From Hemiscyllium ocellatum (lineage: Eukaryota), in the NCBI RefSeq assembly GCF_020745735.1, contig NC_083414.1, positions 44,088,013-44,152,012 of the forward strand: a DNA stretch of 64,000 bases, written 5' to 3'. Every line of letters starts with the position of its first letter. Position 1 is the stretch's first letter. The position numbers and the translations under genes were made by a program. Below, piece after piece: positions 62,801 to 64,000 of the stretch. Below the pieces are notes generated by a model that was not told the DNA's origin, made no database searches, and saw only the letters and a program-made list of their open reading frames with translations.

Positions 62801-63764
62801 TTAGTAGTTCACAACCCTGATCTCGACTCAGTGCACACACCCTACACCTTGGTTGTGAGCTAAGGCAAAATAGATTAACTTTTCCCTGGACTTTGTATAG
62901 CTTGTTTTAAAAGATATTTTTTTCCTCTCTACCAACATTTTGGTTGCACTGCGTGTGAAATGAAAGTAATTGCATGATTCAAATTGCCTTGTTTCACTTT
63001 GAACAGAGATGAGAACCTGCTGGTCCCATTCGACGTGCTGTTGTGATTGCATTCAGCATGATGTATTGAATTGATGTGCAGTCATGTCAAGCATCAACTT
63101 GTTTATATTGTTCTCAACAGCTTGACTGTTTGCATTCAACTACTGTCTTTGAGCAACTCTGAACCTGGAGCATTATTAGAAACTAGATGGATCAAAATTC
63201 GACTTCTATACTCTATCTTCATCATATCTCACAAAAGTGTTGTGTAGCATCTTTTTCTCTAACTTTAGTGGATGAAGCAAAATGTATCACTGTGTGCAAA
63301 GTGTCTGTAGTGTAGAGGGTTCATTTGTACCAATGTTCTGACTATAGCTAATGAGCAAGTGCATAATGAGCTAAATGCATTCCTGCTGTATACAAGTGAG
63401 AGAAATGACATGTCTGAATTAGATTATAAATCAATGGGCTCATTTTCTACAAAATAGGAGGAATTAAGGGCTGTGGAACTTTCCAGTTTTCTGCTACTTC
63501 TCACTTAATGACTAGTTTTATTTTCAGAGTTTATTGTACTCTTGGCTGAAACCAATGATAGCAGAGCTTGAGATTACTGTTTTACTATGGGCTGGCTATA
63601 GCATTGGTTTCACTGTCAACTACATTAGTGCTTATGTGTTGCAGCAATGCACAACTGATAGTATAACTTCAGTTTATAATTTTACTTGAGCCAACACCTC
63701 AAATGTTGAGAATACCTGTACAATGGAATTGCTTTTAGCGTCTAGAGCATGTTGAGTAGCTATT

Positions 63765-64000
63765 ATGGCTCAATGGCTCAGTGGTTACTACTGCTCCTTT
63801 GTAGTGCTGGGGAACCTAGGTTCAATTCCAACCTCGGGCAACTGTCTCTGTGGAGTTTGCACATTCTCCCTGCGTCTGTGTGGGTTTACTTTGGGTCCTA
63901 TGGTTTCCTCCCACAATCCAAACATGTGAAGGTTAGGTAAATTTGACCACGCCAAATTGCCTGTAGTATTCAGGGATGTGTAGGTTAGATGTATTAGTCA
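63765..64000 (+). mobile_element. HE1-type SINE (older copy, runs off the window end)
   Basis: A box TGGCTCAGTGG, B box GGTTCAATTCC, V-domain TGTGGAGTTTGCACATTCTCCC...GGTTTCCTCCCACAATCCAAA. Confidence 0.9.

Noticed and set aside
62985-63050. Possible terminal exon after TTTCACTTTGAACAG (DENLLVPFDVLL*)
   Set aside because: Too short to assign and no upstream exon identified.

Overview
Eukaryotic, AT-rich, repeat-dense DNA in which I recognise no host protein-coding exon; it is most likely intronic or intergenic. The repeats (HE1-type tRNA SINEs, CR1 LINEs with a zinc-finger/leucine-zipper + esterase ORF1, a Deu-domain SINE remnant) point to a shark, probably a carpet/bamboo shark (inference). 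Most ORFs in the track are spurious or pieces of decayed transposons. The window holds about 16 Penelope-like element (PLE) pieces from several families, a near-full-length CR1, a CR1/L2-group LINE with a tRNA-like head, RTE fragments, Harbinger Myb/SANT remnants, solo LTRs and several SINEs. The main structural signal is that the PLE pseudo-LTRs (pLTRs) carry minimal type I hammerhead ribozymes. One family has a compensatory U3-A8 core. Several copies are ~220-250 bp fold-back mini-insertions centred on the ribozyme, each with its own 14-15 bp target-site duplication (TSD). A second signal is a LINE/SINE pair sharing both a pol III-like head and the 3' tail. Family names come from recall, not database searches. 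Edges of old repeats are approximate.
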